A stretch of DNA of 64,000 nucleotides from Ilumatobacteraceae bacterium (lineage in GTDB: Bacteria; Actinomycetota; Acidimicrobiia; Acidimicrobiales; Ilumatobacteraceae). Positions 56,550 through 64,000 of the stretch are shown here, one piece after another (positions within the stretch are counted from its first letter, which is position 1; every line of letters begins with the position of its first letter). The translations under genes and the position numbers were made by a program. Below the pieces are notes generated by a model. That model saw only the letters and a list, made by a program, of their open reading frames with translations, was not told the DNA's origin and did no database searches. The stretch lies in the NCBI GenBank assembly GCA_964203655.1, contig CAXNMJ010000005.1, forward strand, positions 52,407 to 116,406, in the 5' to 3' direction.

Positions 56550-56593
56550 ATGGCTGACGGTATCGCCACAGATATGGTGGCAGGCTCATAGTT

Positions 56594-57160
56594 ATGAACG
56601 GCTTTCAATCGCTTTCAGCATCGGGTCACACGCTGGTTTGGCAGAACGTTGCCCCTGAGCTCAATAGTGCGACGAGCCAAGTGAAGTTGCGCTGGGAGAA
56701 CGAGGGTTGGACAGCCGAAGGCACGCTCGGTGTCGACAACGCCCAGTTTGTGTTGCGTATTTCGGCTGGCTGGACAATTCAACAGTGCCTGTTGTTTCGC
56801 GATCTTGAAGAACCTGACCTTTGGCTTGGCACCGACACCCACGGTCGCTGGGGCGAGATGAACGGTGCGCATCGCATCGAATTAGATGGCTGCACCGATA
56901 TCGATTTCGTCAATACGCCGTTCACGAATTGCATTCCGATGCGGCGGCTACCACTGCTCGTTGGTCACAGTGCGACAATCAGCGTCGCAGTCATCGATAT
57001 CGAGACACTCGGCATCACCAAACAGACGCACCAATACACGAAAGTTTCTCAAAGCATCTGGCGATTTACAAGCAGTTATTCAAACTGTGAAGTTGAAGCA
57101 ACTGTCGATGAGTTCGGGTTCATTCTTGATGAACCGAGTCAATTCAAGCGCATCTCGTAG
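56594..57160 (+). CDS. Putative glycolipid-binding domain protein (DUF1089-like)
   Basis: 188 aa. ..LRWENEGWTAEG.., ..LDGCTDIDFVNTPFTNCIPMRRLPLLVGHS...HQYTK....FTSSYSNCEVEATVDEFGFILDEPSQFKR follows the family pattern as I remember it. Confidence 0.6.
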   Translation: MNGFQSLSASGHTLVWQNVAPELNSATSQVKLRWENEGWTAEGTLGVDNAQFVLRISAGWTIQQCLLFRDLEEPDLWLGTDTHGRWGEMNGAHRIELDGCTDIDFVNTPFTNCIPMRRLPLLVGHSATISVAVIDIETLGITKQTHQYTKVSQSIWRFTSSYSNCEVEATVDEFGFILDEPSQFKRIS

Positions 57161-57178
57161 TTTTTGCGCGAGTTCGAA

Positions 57179-58417
57179 CTAGTCGGTGACGGCGGCGTAA
57201 ACCAGCGAGCGCAAATACTGGCGAATCGGATATGTGCTCGACGGAATCAACTGCGTGAAAAACATCGCGCTGATCTCGTTTACTGGGTCAACCCAAAACG
57301 CCGTGCTGGCCATGCCGCCCCAACTGAACGTGCCGTTAGGGCATGCAACGCGAGTTTTTGCTTGATCAACGACGACAGAAAACCCAAGACCAAAACCTAA
57401 GCCGTCATAGAAAATTTCTTCACCAAGCGGTCGACCAAAAGTTGAAATGTCGGCGTTGTTTGGCAGATGGTTCATCGTCATCATTTCGAAAGTTCGTGAC
57501 GAAATAAGTTGCACATTGCCCGACTTGCCCCGGCCTTCAAGCATGCGAATGAACTTAAAGTAGTCGCCCGCAGTTGAAACTAAACCGCCACCGCCCGACA
57601 AAAATGCTGGCTTCTCGAGCACACTGTCGCCGAAATTGCTCAATTTTGCTTTTCTACGAGTGGCTTCATCATGGCGATAAAGCGTGGCGAGACGATCATG
57701 TTTTTCTTTGGGTGCCCAAAACGCCGTGTCGGTCATGCCCAACGGTGAGAAAATATTTTTTTCAAAGAACTCGTCAAGTGGCATTTTGCTGACAACTTCA
57801 ACAACTCGCCCAACAACGTCGGTAGCCACGCTGTAGTTCCAACTTGAGCCAGGCTGAAATAGAAGTGGCAGCGCTGCATATTTATCGCAGACAACTTCGA
57901 GCGAATCTTTATACCCGACACCCGCATCAAAGCCGGCGCGACGATACATGTCGTCTACGACATCTGTATACAAAAAGCCGTATGTCATGCCGGCAGTGTG
58001 AGTCAGCAAGTGCCACACACGAATCGGCTCGGTTAACGCATTTGTCATGGGCTTTAATACCGTGCCCGTATTCCAAACTCGAGTTTCGCCGAATGACTTG
58101 ATGAATTTGCTCACTGGGTCGGTCAGCTGCAGCAGCCCTTGCTCGACCAACATCATCAATGCAATTGATGTAACTGGTTTGGTCATCGAATAGATGCGAT
58201 AGATCGTGTCGTCGGTGATTGGCGTGCCAGCTTCAGAATCTTTGTGGCCATACATGCCAAAGTGTGCAACTTTGCCGTGACGCGAAACAGCAACGGCGTA
58301 ACCAGCCAAGCGACCTTCGTCAACGTAGCGATTGAAATGCTTGTCGATACTTTTAAGTCGCGTCGCGTCAAGACCGACATCGCCAGCGTCAGTAGTAACC
58401 CCGAAGTTTTTAGCCAT
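57179..58417 (-). CDS. Serine hydrolase of the beta-lactamase / DD-peptidase (class C-like) family
   Basis: 412 aa. Active-site SxxK in YRIYSMTKPVTSIALMML, then ..YSVATDVVG.. (YxN-like) and ..GGGGLVSTAGDY... Confidence 0.8.
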   Translation of the reverse strand: MAKNFGVTTDAGDVGLDATRLKSIDKHFNRYVDEGRLAGYAVAVSRHGKVAHFGMYGHKDSEAGTPITDDTIYRIYSMTKPVTSIALMMLVEQGLLQLTDPVSKFIKSFGETRVWNTGTVLKPMTNALTEPIRVWHLLTHTAGMTYGFLYTDVVDDMYRRAGFDAGVGYKDSLEVVCDKYAALPLLFQPGSSWNYSVATDVVGRVVEVVSKMPLDEFFEKNIFSPLGMTDTAFWAPKEKHDRLATLYRHDEATRRKAKLSNFGDSVLEKPAFLSGGGGLVSTAGDYFKFIRMLEGRGKSGNVQLISSRTFEMMTMNHLPNNADISTFGRPLGEEIFYDGLGFGLGFSVVVDQAKTRVACPNGTFSWGGMASTAFWVDPVNEISAMFFTQLIPSSTYPIRQYLRSLVYAAVTD

Positions 58418-58434
58418 GCTCTTCTACCCCCGAC

Positions 58435-59244
58435 TTACTTGGTGAATTTTTCTTTGAGCCAAGAGTTCAATTGCGGCCCAACATCTTTGCGCTCGAGAGC
58501 AATCTCGATGACTGCGCGCAATAAACCCATCGGCGTGCCCGTGTCGTAACGAGTTATCTCGCTTACAACACCAACCAAGTCGTTCTCACTTGCCAACATC
58601 GCCAACGCATCGGTTAATTGCAACTCGCCATTCGCACTCGGCTTTATCTGCTCGAGTTTGTCAAAGATTTTTGGTGACAAAACATAGCGACCGATGATCA
58701 CGATGTCGCTAACTGCGTCAGCAGGTTTTGGTTTTTCAACAACTTGCAAAATTTCGACCGAAGATTCTGTGCTGCTTGCGCTGCTCGCAACTTTGACATT
58801 GCCATAACTCGAGACTTCGACAACCGGCACCTTTTTTAATCCAATGCTGCTCTTGCCTGACTTTTCGTAAAGTGCAACAAGTTGTTTGGTCAACGAAGCG
58901 TCGCCCATTATTTCGTCGGGCAACATCACCACAAACGGTTCGTCGCCAACCGCTTGGCGCGCACAACTCACTGCGTGACCCAAACCCAATGGCGACTCTT
59001 GGTAAACGACGCTGACCGCGACTTTGTCAGTGCTGGCTGCCGACGCATAGTTCTCGATCGACGGCTTGGCCCGGCTGGTGACAATTACAACCCGTGTGCA
59101 GCCCGCTTGTGCCGCCTCATCAATCACGAACTGCAGCGCTGGCGTGTCATATATAGGTAGCAATTCTTTGGGCGTGGCGCGGGTCGCGGGCAAGAAGCGT
59201 GTGCCCATTCCGGCCGCAGGAATAACAGCAGTGCGCACAGCCAC
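58435..59244 (-). CDS. galU: UTP--glucose-1-phosphate uridylyltransferase GalU
   Basis: 269 aa with a GTG start. VIPAAGMGTRFLPATRATPKELLPI, ..LGLGHAV.. and ..VEKPKP...IIGRYVL... Confidence 0.85.
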   Translation of the reverse strand: MAVRTAVIPAAGMGTRFLPATRATPKELLPIYDTPALQFVIDEAAQAGCTRVVIVTSRAKPSIENYASAASTDKVAVSVVYQESPLGLGHAVSCARQAVGDEPFVVMLPDEIMGDASLTKQLVALYEKSGKSSIGLKKVPVVEVSSYGNVKVASSASSTESSVEILQVVEKPKPADAVSDIVIIGRYVLSPKIFDKLEQIKPSANGELQLTDALAMLASENDLVGVVSEITRYDTGTPMGLLRAVIEIALERKDVGPQLNSWLKEKFTK

Positions 59245-59270
59245 ACATGCATCCTAGAATCAAAAGCCCT

Positions 59271-59660
59271 ATGCCGACTTATGTCTACAAATTCATTGAC
59301 TCGGGAGAGACCATTGAGATTTATCAGGCATTCAGCGACGACGCACTAACCGAGGCTCCACACCCGTCTGATGGCAAGCCGCGCAAAGTCAAAAAAGTGT
59401 TTACACCCGTCGGCATAACTTTCAAAGGTGGAGGGTTCTACAAAACCGACAGTGCCGGCACGAGCAAAACTTCGGGTTCTGGCACTGGTGCAAGCAAGAG
59501 CACAGACAGTGCAACTTCGCCAGCAACTGACTCAGGTTCTTCGGGCGAAACAAAGTCAGGCTCAACAGCTGAAACTAAAACAAGCACCAGTGCTGCAACA
59601 CCAGGTTCAACACCGGCGGCAACCACACCTAAACCAACGAGCCCAGCCAAGAGCGAATAG
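59271..59660 (+). CDS. FmdB/Ruc(Rv0991c)-like protein lacking the zinc-ribbon cysteines, with a Ser/Thr/Gly-rich disordered tail
   Basis: ATG 59271 gives MPTYVYKFIDSGETIEIYQAFSDDALTEAPHPSDGKPRKVKKVFTPVGITFKGGGFYKTDS... The family hallmarks MPxYxY and KG.GFY.TD are present, but no Cys occurs anywhere in the protein. Confidence 0.7.
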   Translation: MPTYVYKFIDSGETIEIYQAFSDDALTEAPHPSDGKPRKVKKVFTPVGITFKGGGFYKTDSAGTSKTSGSGTGASKSTDSATSPATDSGSSGETKSGSTAETKTSTSAATPGSTPAATTPKPTSPAKSE

Positions 59661-59711
59661 CTCGGCACACATGGCGCGAAGCCATGAAAACAAAACTTCG
59701 CGAATCTGCTC

Positions 59712-60113
59712 GTGAGATCTTGGTATGCCCTTTGTCGTGACGCAGCGCGACAAAAAATAATTGTCGTTTCACTTTCAATAATTTGCGCATTGTTCTATCT
59801 GGTTTCTGCCGTCTCGTTTAGCGACAACAGCGAAGCAACATCCGAATTGCAAAGCCCGAGTCGCTACGAAATCAAAGTTGGGTTTCGCGCAGTTGCAATG
59901 CAAAGTGCGGGGCCGCTACCCGAAATGCGCTCGGGTGACTATGTCGACGTGATCATCGACTCGGCGATTGTTCTTGAGCGAGTCTCAGTTATTGATTTTG
60001 TCGAGCAGCCCAATCGTCAAACAACTGTCGTGCTGGCGGTGCCAGTTAGCAATGCAGCAATGATCGCCAACGCGGCGTCTCTGGGTATTGTCAGTCTCGT
60101 ATTGGTCGGCTAG
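59712..60113 (+). CDS. Membrane-anchored SAF/CpaB-like domain protein
   Basis: 133 aa with a GTG start. TM segment (IIVVSLSIICALFYLVSAV), then ..GFRAVAMQSAG...RSGDYVDVI.....VVLAVPVSNAAMIANAASLGIVSLVL, typical of the SAF-type proteins that follow FmdB genes in Actinobacteria. Confidence 0.5.
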   Translation: MRSWYALCRDAARQKIIVVSLSIICALFYLVSAVSFSDNSEATSELQSPSRYEIKVGFRAVAMQSAGPLPEMRSGDYVDVIIDSAIVLERVSVIDFVEQPNRQTTVVLAVPVSNAAMIANAASLGIVSLVLVG

Positions 60114-60952
60114 CGCCAATTATTGGCGACAATAATTAATATCGCCGCACCAAACGCAACCCGATACAAAACGTATGGCGTAAAACTTTTTGTGCGCACC
60201 AAACGAATCATCGACCACATCGCCAACCAGCCAGATAGCCCGGCGGCGATAATGCCCACGAGCATCGGCACGAGCAAACCCTCGGGTATTCCATCTCTAA
60301 CGAGTTGACCCAACTTGAAGATGACAGCGCCGCCGATTATCGGCACGCTCATCAAAAAAGAAAGTCTGGCGGCTGCGTCTCGCGAAAAGCCGCTTAGACG
60401 CGCCGCGGTAATCGTGATGCCCGAGCGCGATGTACCGGGGTTTAGCGCCAAAACTTGGGCCGCACCAATTATTAGTGCGTCGCGCAGTTTGAGTTGATCG
60501 GTGTCTTGCGAATTTTGCAACGCACTCGCCCGACGATCTGCCCAGACCAACAACAAACCAAAAGCGATCAAACTAATCGCAATCAAATTTGGTGTACCAA
60601 GTCGCTCGGTGATCGCATCTTCAAAAATTATGCCCACAACGCCTGCAGGTATCGCCGAGGCAACCAAAAACCAGGCTTGCCGACCCACAATTGAAGCCGG
60701 TTGGCGTCGATTAAAAATCACTTGAGTGCCTTGGCGAACATAAACAATCAACTCGCCACGAAGATAAACCAAAACAGCAACCAACGTGCCGAGGTGCAAG
60801 GCCGTATCAAATGCTTTTGCTGTGGCGACCGTGTCGTAGTCGTTCCAGCCGAACAACCACGGAACAATTTCTAAGTGTCCGCTTGAAGAAATTGGGAGAA
60901 ACTCAGTTAATCCTTGAACTATGCCCAGCACGATCGCGTGCAAAATTGACAT
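60110..60952 (-). CDS. uppP: Undecaprenyl-diphosphate phosphatase UppP/BacA
   Basis: 280 aa. ..GIVQGLTEFLPISSSGHL.. and ..PGTSRSGITITAA.. motifs. Confidence 0.9.
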   Translation of the reverse strand: MSILHAIVLGIVQGLTEFLPISSSGHLEIVPWLFGWNDYDTVATAKAFDTALHLGTLVAVLVYLRGELIVYVRQGTQVIFNRRQPASIVGRQAWFLVASAIPAGVVGIIFEDAITERLGTPNLIAISLIAFGLLLVWADRRASALQNSQDTDQLKLRDALIIGAAQVLALNPGTSRSGITITAARLSGFSRDAAARLSFLMSVPIIGGAVIFKLGQLVRDGIPEGLLVPMLVGIIAAGLSGWLAMWSMIRLVRTKSFTPYVLYRVAFGAAILIIVANNWR

Positions 60953-60957
60953 GCAGG

Positions 60958-62310
60958 TTATGAACCGCTCATCATCACGTCGCTAATCACCAAAGACAAA
61001 CCAACTGCACGCATCGGCAACCAATCAATATCTTTTCCGAGGTCGACAATGTTCAACAACATTTTCTGCAACGTAGATGCAATCGTGAATTCACGAATCG
61101 GTGCACCGAGCGTGCCGTTCGTAATTACGATGCCCGAAGCACCTGTCGAAAAATCGCCAGAGATCGTGTTCACACCGCTGTGCATGCCGGCAACATCTTG
61201 AATCAAAACACCATCGCTAATTGATGCAATCAATTCGGCTTGAGTTTTGGTGCCTGGCTGAACTTGCATCGCCAAACAGCCCACGCCAGGTCCGCCGGCA
61301 AAACCGCCACGCGTTGCATTGCCCGTGCTCTTTGTGTTCATGCGTCGAGCGCTGTAGCTCGAATGCACGAATTTTTTTAGTACGCCGTTTTCGATCAATA
61401 CATTTCGTCGGGCTGCCAAACCTTCACCGTCGATATCGGTTGCCGTGTAGGCCAGTGGATTCGTCGGGTCGTCGACAAGCGTGAATCGCGCATCTGCAAC
61501 CTGCTCATTCAAGCGGTCGGCAAACAAACTGCGCCCCTTCGCTAAATTTTCGCCGTTTAGAGCGCTCGACAAGATGCTGACAAACTGCGACGTGACATAA
61601 GGGTCTAAGACGATCGTTACTTTTTTGCTTGCAGGCTTAGTCGCACCCAGCAAACGCGTTGCACGGTCGGCGGCTTCACGTGCGGCTTTTTGTAAATCAA
61701 ACTCTTTTGGCGAGTCGCCAACAGAAAAACCAAAACCAGTTTGCGCTTCATCGCCGTCATCTGCCAGCGTCGCAACCGAAACGTAACACGAGTTGCCACG
61801 ACCGCTCTCGCGAATGCCCGTTGTGGTCGAAACTGCCGTCTCGCCCCAACCATCTTCATAGTTCGACTGTTCTGACCGCACGCGCGAGTCGGCTGCCAGA
61901 GTTAATTTCTCGAGTTCTTTGGTTATCTCAATTTTTTTATCGGTTGGATAACTAGCCAACTCTTCGTCCCAGAACTTTTGCGGTATCTGCTGCACGCCAT
62001 CTGGTTCGGCCAAACCCGCCCATTGGTCAACAGTGCCGAATTGAATGTTGTCGCGTGCCTCAGCCAAAACTTCAGCGATTGCTGACGGTTCAAGCGTGCC
62101 GGCGTACGCAAAGCCCGTGCGACCGTCTTTGATGATGCGAATTCCTACGCCTTCGCTTTGGGCTGAAACGAAATGTTCAAGTTCGCCCTCGTATACGCGC
62201 ACCGAAGTTTCGCCACCACGCGAAACATACGCTTCAATTTGTTCGCCCGGCTTTGCTTGCTCGACTACCGAGTCAGCAAGTTTTTGTAAGTCTGGAACGC
62301 CTACGGTCAT
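60958..62310 (-). CDS. pmbA: TldE/PmbA metalloprotease subunit
   Basis: 450 aa. The C-terminus ..ISGDFSTGASGIVITNGTLGAPIREFTIAS.. is the PmbA/TldD fold. 4-nt overlap with tldD. Confidence 0.85.
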   Translation of the reverse strand: MTVGVPDLQKLADSVVEQAKPGEQIEAYVSRGGETSVRVYEGELEHFVSAQSEGVGIRIIKDGRTGFAYAGTLEPSAIAEVLAEARDNIQFGTVDQWAGLAEPDGVQQIPQKFWDEELASYPTDKKIEITKELEKLTLAADSRVRSEQSNYEDGWGETAVSTTTGIRESGRGNSCYVSVATLADDGDEAQTGFGFSVGDSPKEFDLQKAAREAADRATRLLGATKPASKKVTIVLDPYVTSQFVSILSSALNGENLAKGRSLFADRLNEQVADARFTLVDDPTNPLAYTATDIDGEGLAARRNVLIENGVLKKFVHSSYSARRMNTKSTGNATRGGFAGGPGVGCLAMQVQPGTKTQAELIASISDGVLIQDVAGMHSGVNTISGDFSTGASGIVITNGTLGAPIREFTIASTLQKMLLNIVDLGKDIDWLPMRAVGLSLVISDVMMSGS

Positions 62311-63731
62311 GCTGCCGTGCCGCCGATTGTTAGCGAGCGAACACGAAGAGTTGGCTGACCATCACCAACTGGCACACCTTGACCGTCTTTGCCACAGGTT
62401 CCAGGGTTGCCCATCGCGAAGTCGTTGCCCAGCAGATCAATGTCTTTCAAAACTTCTGGGCCGTTTCCAATCAAGTTGCCTTCGCGCAACGGCTCGGTGA
62501 TTTCGCCGTTCTCAATTAAATATGCCTCGGTCATACCGAAAACAAAATCACCACTTGCAGTGTCAACTTGACCGCCACCGAGTTTGGCTACATAAACGCC
62601 CTGCTTGGTGTTGCGCACAATTTCATCAGGGTCTTCTTTGCCATTCAAAACAAAAGTGTTGGTCATTCGCACCATCGGCAAATGCTGATAGCTCTGACGA
62701 CGACCGTTGCCGCTTTGCGCGCGACCTTCTTTTCGCGCACGCAGGTAGTCCCACATGTAGTCGGTGAGTACGCCGTCTTGAATAAGAGTGTTGCGTTGCG
62801 ATGGGTGACCTTCGTCGTCGATGCCGATTGCGCCCCACTCGGCGGTCATCGTGCCGTCATCAACAAGAGTTACGAGCGACGACGCAACGAGCTCGCCCAT
62901 CTTGCCGCGATAGACACTTGCACTCTTACCAACGAGATCTGCTTCAAGACCATGGCCGCATGCTTCGTGAAACAAAACTCCACCACTGCCACGCTTGATC
63001 ACGACTGGCATCGCGCCAGATGGTGCAGGTCGAGCACTCAATTTTGTGACGGCTTGCTTAGCGGCACGAATCGCCAACTCTTCGACATCGTTTTCGTCGA
63101 ACATCTCAAACCCAATTGTGTGACCAAGTGAGTCGTAGCCGGTTTGCATGCCGCCGTCACCGGTTGCAACAACACTGACTCGCAACAGCGTGCGCACTTG
63201 TTCGTCGGCGCTCAACACTCCGTTGCTGTTTGCCACCAAAATTCGACGGCGTGAGTCGCCGTAACCAGCAGAAACTTGCACAATTGATGCATTCACTGCT
63301 CGCGCTGCTGCATCAACACGCTTAAGAAGTTCGACTTTGCGAGACTTCTCGACACCGTCAGGTGCAACTTTGACTGTGTTGACAGAGTGTCGCAACACAT
63401 CGCCGAGTTGCACTTTGTTCACGCCACCGCCGCCTTGTTTGGCCGCCATCGCCGCTGCCTGCGCAGCCGCAAGCAAGCCTCGCTCTGACAAATCTGAAGT
63501 GTGTGCAAAGCCGGTTGTTTCACCCGAAACAACACGAATGCCTGCACCGCGATCTCGCCCCGATGTAACTTGCTCAACTTTGCCGTCGTCCAGACCGGCA
63601 GATGTCGAGCGTTTGTCCTCTACATATACCTCTGAAAACTCGGCTCCTGTGCTTCGCCCTGCGGCAAGAACACGCTCTAAAACATCGGGGGCTACTAGTG
63701 GTTCTGCGCTTTGCGTCTTGGCCATTGACAC
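62307..63731 (-). CDS. tldD: TldD metalloprotease subunit
   Basis: 474 aa. HExxxH-type motif in ..GGVLFHEACGHGLEAD.. and ..ASGDFVFGMTEAYLIENGEI... The start is GTG 63731 or ATG 63725. Confidence 0.9.
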   Translation of the reverse strand: MSMAKTQSAEPLVAPDVLERVLAAGRSTGAEFSEVYVEDKRSTSAGLDDGKVEQVTSGRDRGAGIRVVSGETTGFAHTSDLSERGLLAAAQAAAMAAKQGGGGVNKVQLGDVLRHSVNTVKVAPDGVEKSRKVELLKRVDAAARAVNASIVQVSAGYGDSRRRILVANSNGVLSADEQVRTLLRVSVVATGDGGMQTGYDSLGHTIGFEMFDENDVEELAIRAAKQAVTKLSARPAPSGAMPVVIKRGSGGVLFHEACGHGLEADLVGKSASVYRGKMGELVASSLVTLVDDGTMTAEWGAIGIDDEGHPSQRNTLIQDGVLTDYMWDYLRARKEGRAQSGNGRRQSYQHLPMVRMTNTFVLNGKEDPDEIVRNTKQGVYVAKLGGGQVDTASGDFVFGMTEAYLIENGEITEPLREGNLIGNGPEVLKDIDLLGNDFAMGNPGTCGKDGQGVPVGDGQPTLRVRSLTIGGTAA

Positions 63732-64000
63732 AGCCTAGGCGCAGCAAACTCTTCCCAACTTGTTGCGCGCCGTATACTCTATTTGTGGATATTGCGACAT
63801 CAGACACGTCTCGAAGGCGAAGCCGGCGCCTGCATTTGCCAATCGACTTCGAACATCGAATGATCTGGTGGAAAGAAGTTTTGATTTTTGGCAGTCTTCT
63901 ATTCGGTTTACACGATGATTCGCAATCAATTTGGTTCGACACTTGTAGAAGGTGTGTCGGTGCCAAACCACTGCATTTACGAATGCCATTCGCGTGATTC

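Noticed and set aside
63735-63989. 84-aa minus-strand ORF upstream of tldD, and the plus-strand ORF 63602..63997
   Set aside because: They have no recognisable motifs, odd composition, no clear RBS, and they overlap each other. The region is more likely the tldD promoter/leader. The window ends here, so context is missing.

Overview
64-kb chromosomal segment of a compact actinobacterial genome. From memory, gene order mirrors the M. tuberculosis Rv0990c-Rv1026 neighbourhood. It holds about 70 protein genes at very high coding density, with many 1-, 4- and 8-nt overlaps. There is one tRNA-Gln(UUG) and one 30-aa ribosomal protein bS22 gene that is too short for the ORF track. I saw no rRNA, CRISPR, transposase, integrase or phage genes.

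Gene blocks, left to right:
- ybaK-like (partial), MFS transporter, pterin dehydratase
- Dpp/Opp-type peptide ABC transporter with a disrupted, divergent binding-protein gene
- sufB-(Cys4 ORF)-sufD-Rieske-sufC
- ychF, DUF192, rsmI, metG, tatD, DPBB protein, rsmA, ispE
- bS22, tRNA-Gln, glmU (C-terminally short), prs, rplY, pth, mfd, parvulin lipoprotein, mazG, eno, ftsB
- a ~16.5-kb molybdenum-hydroxylase island (details below)
- DUF501, ppx, GNAT, enoyl-CoA hydratase, PfkB kinase, acyl-CoA synthetase
- GlpR/SepX-like membrane protein, moaC, moaA, moeA
- DUF1089-like protein, serine hydrolase, galU, Cys-less FmdB/Ruc-like protein, SAF protein, uppP, pmbA, tldD

The island carries two form-II CoxL paralogues, an ABC-2 exporter and coxS-L-M. 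It also has Dabb, SDR and FAD oxidase genes, MoxR/vWA/XdhC maturation genes, NlpC/P60, an XRE regulator and a MocA-like gene.

Most noteworthy:
- The island interrupts a conserved eno-ftsB/DUF501-ppx block.
- A Cys4, poly-Lys-tailed ORF is translationally coupled inside the suf operon.
- GlmU lacks its acetyltransferase catalytic end.
- There are five clear +1 frame disruptions plus one ambiguous case. This looks more like insertion-type consensus error than biology.
- There is a Glp/GlpR-like divisome pair and a Cys-less Ruc homologue.

All functional calls rest on motif and family recognition by eye. No database search, HMM or folding program was run, and start codons are best guesses.
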